Below are positions 27,650 to 31,318 of a DNA stretch of 31,318 nt, in pieces; position 1 is the stretch's first letter, and each line of letters begins with the position of its first letter. The translations under genes were made by a program, and so were the position numbers. Origin of the DNA: Candidatus Altiarchaeota archaeon (GTDB lineage: Archaea > Altiarchaeota > Altiarchaeia > IMC4 > QMZM01); contig WALD01000037.1 of the NCBI GenBank assembly GCA_015523055.1, positions 1-31,318 on the forward strand, in the 5' to 3' direction. The notes under the pieces are model-generated. The model saw nothing but the letters and a program-made list of their open reading frames with translations. It ran no database searches and was not told the origin of the DNA.

Positions 27650-30600
27650 TCAGGTTAATTTAACACCAACAATCTGTGACAGACCATCATTCATAGAAAC
27701 GCCTATCACGGAATCGGCATGCTTTATAACATAATCGTTATGTGTTACTACCATAAATTGGGCTGCAGATTTCTTGAGCATCTCCGCAAACCTGATGGAA
27801 TTCTCTTTATCAAGGGGGGCGTCAAACTCATCCACGATGTAGAAATCAGCAGGCCGATATTGTTGTATTGCCAGTAAAAATGCCGAGCATGTTACTATCT
27901 TCTCACCACCGGACATGGAGTCCATGTTGACAAGCCTCTTTCCCCTGGGTGAGGCACTTATCAGCAAACCAGAGTCTGAGATATCTCTTGGGTTGCTCAG
28001 GGTTAGAGTGCCATCGCCCCCCGACAGATCGTGATACATCTCCTCAAAGTTCCCCTTGATAATATTAAAGGTTTCCATAAAGACCTCTTTTTTTCGTGCC
28101 TCAACCTTTTCCATAAACTCAAATATTGACTGCCTTTCTTCTTTAAGGGTGTTAAGCTTATCACTGACATCTCTGAACTCCTCATTCATTTTGTCATATG
28201 CTTCAATTGCCCTCATATTTACTGCCCCGAAACCCTCCAGTTGCACCTCGATATCTGCGACATGTTTCTCCATCTCCCTGAGACTATTATCCAGAATTTT
28301 GACATCATCATATGCCCTAAATTCCTGCTCAATATCCGAGAGTTTGGTTTCAATCTTCGCCTTATTTATCCGAGCCTTGTTTAGTCTTTCATTAATCGCA
28401 TTTATCTGATGCTCTGTCTCCCCCATACTTTCACCCAGCCGGGTTATAGCCTCCTCAATCTCCGCCCTTCGGTTCATCAGCTTCCCAACCCTCTCAGTTA
28501 TCTTATTGCTCTCTTTTATCTTGCTTTCCAATTCCTTTTCAAGACCTGCAACCTCATTCCTCCTCTGCTTCACCTCATCAGCAAGGGAACCCCTCTCTTT
28601 CTTAAGGGTAGAGATAGCGTCTCTGATTCCCCTGATTTGATCCTCTATCAACTGCTCTCTCTCCAGCAACTTGCCTTTTCCTATTTCAATGTCTCTCTTT
28701 TTGTCCCTCATTTCCTCCAGTTTACTAATATCATCTCTCTGTGCCCCATTTTCAATCTTCCTGAGTTCTTTTTCGTATACCCTGATATTTTCCTCTATCC
28801 GCTTTATCTCGGAATCGCCCATTGATATATCCTTTTTTAGATTCTTAATCTTGTCATTGATTTCATTAATTTTCTTTTTTATTTCCGCTATCCTTCCTTT
28901 TATCGAATCCTTTTCCACCTTTATTCTTTCAACATCGGTTCTTCCACTCCTCACGGGAGCCTCCAGTTCCAGGATTCTATCCTCCATTTTCTTTCTCTTG
29001 AGTTCAAGCTCCTGCTTCTCACCATCAAACTCAAGTATTCTTTTCTCAATATCCTTTATCTCGTTTTCGAGGTTTTCAGTGTTTAAGAAAGAGGGGAGAG
29101 TCCTTTTTGTATAACCTCCGGTCATAGCCCCGGAAAGCTCAAGAAGATCTCCATTTAAAGTAACCATTCTCCATTTTCCTATTCCCATAGACCTTGCATT
29201 CTCAAGATCATTTACGAGGATTGTGTCCCTGAAAACATACTCAAATATGGGCATGAATCTCTTTTTTGTGTCTATAAAATCTCTTGCAAAGCCTATTGAT
29301 CCCTTCGGAGCCTTGCTCTTTATTATCACCCTGACTCTGTTTAAGGGAAGGAATGTTGCCCTGCCTATCCTCTTCTCCTGGAGGTATTTTATGCATTTAC
29401 CTGCAGTATCCTCATTATCGACAACTATATTCATCATCCTGCCCCCAGCAGCTATTTGCAGGGCGGTTTCATACCTTGAATCAGAAACGGATCCAAGCTG
29501 CGAAACAGTGCCATGAATTCCCGGAAGTATCTCCTTTAGCTTCATTACGGCATCAACGCTCTTCATAATTCCACCAGAGTTCCTCTCCATAGTCTTTATC
29601 TCCGTCTTTTTCTCTGCCAGATCCAGCTTGAGCGAATTGAGTGAATTTTCAACTGCCCTCTCTTTCTTTAGAATGAATGGTAATTCCTCCCTGAGCTTCT
29701 TGAATTCGTCAAAATTTTTTTTATTCTGTGTTAGCTTCTCGTTTATGTTCCTTGCCAGAATTTTCTCATTCTCGAGGAGACCATTCATACTATCCTCCAG
29801 TTCCTGCACCTCCTTCTTCAGGGAGGATATGTCTCCCAGGTATCTGTCTTTCAGACCAAGAATCATGTCCCTCTTTGATTGCAGCTCAAATATCTTTGTT
29901 TTGAGTCCGTCCAGTTTACTATCCGCTTTAGAATCAACAACCCTTCTGGACTCTTTTTTTATCCTCTTTGACAGATCAGCAAGCCCTTTGTTGAATTCTT
30001 CGATATCCCTGGTTATCTTCTTTTTTTCTCTCCTGAATTCATTAACCTTTTTATCCCTTTCTGATATCTCAATATCTATTCTCCTAATGTCGTGCTCAAT
30101 GCCATCAATCCTGTCCTGCATTCTCAGAAGTTCGCTCTTAAGTTCATATATACCCCCCTGACCCTTTTCATTCTCAAACTTCAGAATCTCAGAGTTTATC
30201 TCATTCAGCTCTTTGTTTTTCTTTGAGATATCGCTCCTTATTGCAGATATGGAATTCTCCCGGTCTTCTATTTCTTTTCCAGTATCCTGAATCTCTTTAT
30301 CAATGTTCTTGAGCTTCTTCCTGTGTCGTTCTATGAGTATGCGAAGAATGTTTCCTTTATACTGCTTCAGATCGCTCGTAAATCTCCTGTATCTAAGTGC
30401 ATCATTCCTCTCTTTTTCCACCTGGTTTAGATAACCCTGCTTTTCACCGAGGATGAGCTGAGTATTAGATATTCTCTTCTCGACCTTCTCAAGCTCCCTG
30501 ATGGCCTTCTCCTTCTTCTTGTCATACTCCCCTATTCCGCAGAGTCCATCAATAATCTTTCTCCTGTCCCTTGGATTCATATCTATAATCTTTGTGATAT

Positions 30601-30994
30601 CGTCCTGGAGAATTATGTTGTATTCATTGTCCCCGAGCAGTTCGATTAGTTCCTGCTTTGTTGTCCTCTTGTTATCCTTCCGGTATATGCTCTTGCCTTC
30701 CCTGTCGATCTCCCTTGAAACCTTGACCTTATTTCCATTGCCGTCGTTGAGGTAGATGCTGACTACTGCAACATCCGAAGAATCAGCATGAAGCCCGCCG
30801 TTACATATGAGGTCCTGCATATTATTTGACCTTATACCCCTGTTCCAACCAAGAACGAAACATATGCTCTCGACAATGTTGCTCTTTCCTGCCCCATTTG
30901 GACCCACAATGGCAGTAAACTTGCTGGGGAATTCAAGAATTGTTTTATCTTTGAAGGATTTGAAACCCTTAATCTCTAGCTTATCAAGCTGCAT
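27650..30994 (-). CDS. smc: Chromosome segregation protein SMC
   Basis: Walker A GPNGAGKSN, long coiled coils, hinge (GIHGTVSQLG...GRATFLPL), signature MSGGEK, Walker B/D-loop IVDEFDAPLD, H-loop VVTH. Confidence 0.95.
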   Translation of the reverse strand: MQLDKLEIKGFKSFKDKTILEFPSKFTAIVGPNGAGKSNIVESICFVLGWNRGIRSNNMQDLICNGGLHADSSDVAVVSIYLNDGNGNKVKVSREIDREGKSIYRKDNKRTTKQELIELLGDNEYNIILQDDITKIIDMNPRDRRKIIDGLCGIGEYDKKKEKAIRELEKVEKRISNTQLILGEKQGYLNQVEKERNDALRYRRFTSDLKQYKGNILRILIERHRKKLKNIDKEIQDTGKEIEDRENSISAIRSDISKKNKELNEINSEILKFENEKGQGGIYELKSELLRMQDRIDGIEHDIRRIDIEISERDKKVNEFRREKKKITRDIEEFNKGLADLSKRIKKESRRVVDSKADSKLDGLKTKIFELQSKRDMILGLKDRYLGDISSLKKEVQELEDSMNGLLENEKILARNINEKLTQNKKNFDEFKKLREELPFILKKERAVENSLNSLKLDLAEKKTEIKTMERNSGGIMKSVDAVMKLKEILPGIHGTVSQLGSVSDSRYETALQIAAGGRMMNIVVDNEDTAGKCIKYLQEKRIGRATFLPLNRVRVIIKSKAPKGSIGFARDFIDTKKRFMPIFEYVFRDTILVNDLENARSMGIGKWRMVTLNGDLLELSGAMTGGYTKRTLPSFLNTENLENEIKDIEKRILEFDGEKQELELKRKKMEDRILELEAPVRSGRTDVERIKVEKDSIKGRIAEIKKKINEINDKIKNLKKDISMGDSEIKRIEENIRVYEKELRKIENGAQRDDISKLEEMRDKKRDIEIGKGKLLEREQLIEDQIRGIRDAISTLKKERGSLADEVKQRRNEVAGLEKELESKIKESNKITERVGKLMNRRAEIEEAITRLGESMGETEHQINAINERLNKARINKAKIETKLSDIEQEFRAYDDVKILDNSLREMEKHVADIEVQLEGFGAVNMRAIEAYDKMNEEFRDVSDKLNTLKEERQSIFEFMEKVEARKKEVFMETFNIIKGNFEEMYHDLSGGDGTLTLSNPRDISDSGLLISASPRGKRLVNMDSMSGGEKIVTCSAFLLAIQQYRPADFYIVDEFDAPLDKENSIRFAEMLKKSAAQFMVVTHNDYVIKHADSVIGVSMNDGLSQIVGVKLT

Positions 30995-31053
30995 CTTATT
31001 AATTATCTATTTAATTATCTATTCGCTATTGAGATTTAAAATTATTAATGCAG

Positions 31054-31318
31054 ATGATCTCGATACTCTATGATGTCGGCCGTTACCGTAAATTTCTGAA
31101 CAGGGGTGTGGATAAGGACGACACAGTCATAGAACTTGGACCCCATATCGGAGAGAGCACGAAGCTATATGTTAAGAAGACACGGCTTACTATTGCTGTG
31201 GATAAGAGCAGGCAGAGCGAAAAGGCGTTTGAGAGAATCTTACCTGAATATAAAAATTTGAGACTGGTAAGGGGTGATGTAAGAGAGTTTAATACCATAA
31301 AAAAGGTTATAACTCTAA
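31054..31318 (+). CDS. Class I SAM-dependent methyltransferase (5' part, runs off window)
   Basis: MISILYDVGRYRK...DTVIELGPHIGESTK...IAVDKS...RGDVR: motif I, acidic strand 2, GDV. Open to the window end and absent from the ORF track. Alternative start 31048. Confidence 0.75.
   Translation, partial: MISILYDVGRYRKFLNRGVDKDDTVIELGPHIGESTKLYVKKTRLTIAVDKSRQSEKAFERILPEYKNLRLVRGDVREFNTIKKVITL

Noticed and set aside
79-31298. Numerous 60-210-aa antisense or alternate-frame ORFs in the track (e.g. 2159..2797, 18459..19007, 28671..29114, 31083..31298)
   Set aside because: They overlap well-supported genes on the other strand or frame and show no recognisable motifs.
1-31318. CRISPR array, rRNA, integrase or intact transposase
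   Set aside because: No regularly spaced repeats, rRNA signatures or recombinase/transposase motifs were seen.

Overview
Archaeal chromosomal window. The archaeal call rests on rpoD/N/K, eL18, archaeal-type GlyA and TpiA, type 2 IPP isomerase and a BHB tRNA intron. The lineage is uncertain: the pilin leader style and biosynthetic content suggest Altiarchaeota or a related lineage, which is inference only. From left to right: the end of a DUF5320-like gene, a radical SAM gene, two ferredoxin-insert MinD-like ATPases flanking a TrmO/TsaA-like gene, and glyA. Then a four-gene secreted/surface cluster ending in a class III signal (type IV pilin-like) protein with a Thr/Ser stalk. Next, a decayed HEPN-MNT toxin-antitoxin pair, a coiled-coil protein, fni, and a second MNT followed by a HEPN stub. 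A 234-bp non-autonomous IS200/IS605-type element interrupts an MBL-fold gene. Then tRNA-Ser, the S13-S4-S11-RpoD-tRNA-Leu-L18e-L13-S9-RpoN-RpoK-S2 cluster (tRNA-Leu has a 50-nt D-loop intron and a highly structured trailer), and an aconitase / ATP-citrate lyase (two subunits) / isocitrate dehydrogenase operon. The window ends with argJ, purF, tpiA, tRNA-Gly, a small Cys-rich ORF, tRNA-Gln, smc and the start of a SAM-dependent methyltransferase. No CRISPR array, rRNA gene, integrase or intact transposase is visible. All calls are from motif reading by eye; no searches were run.
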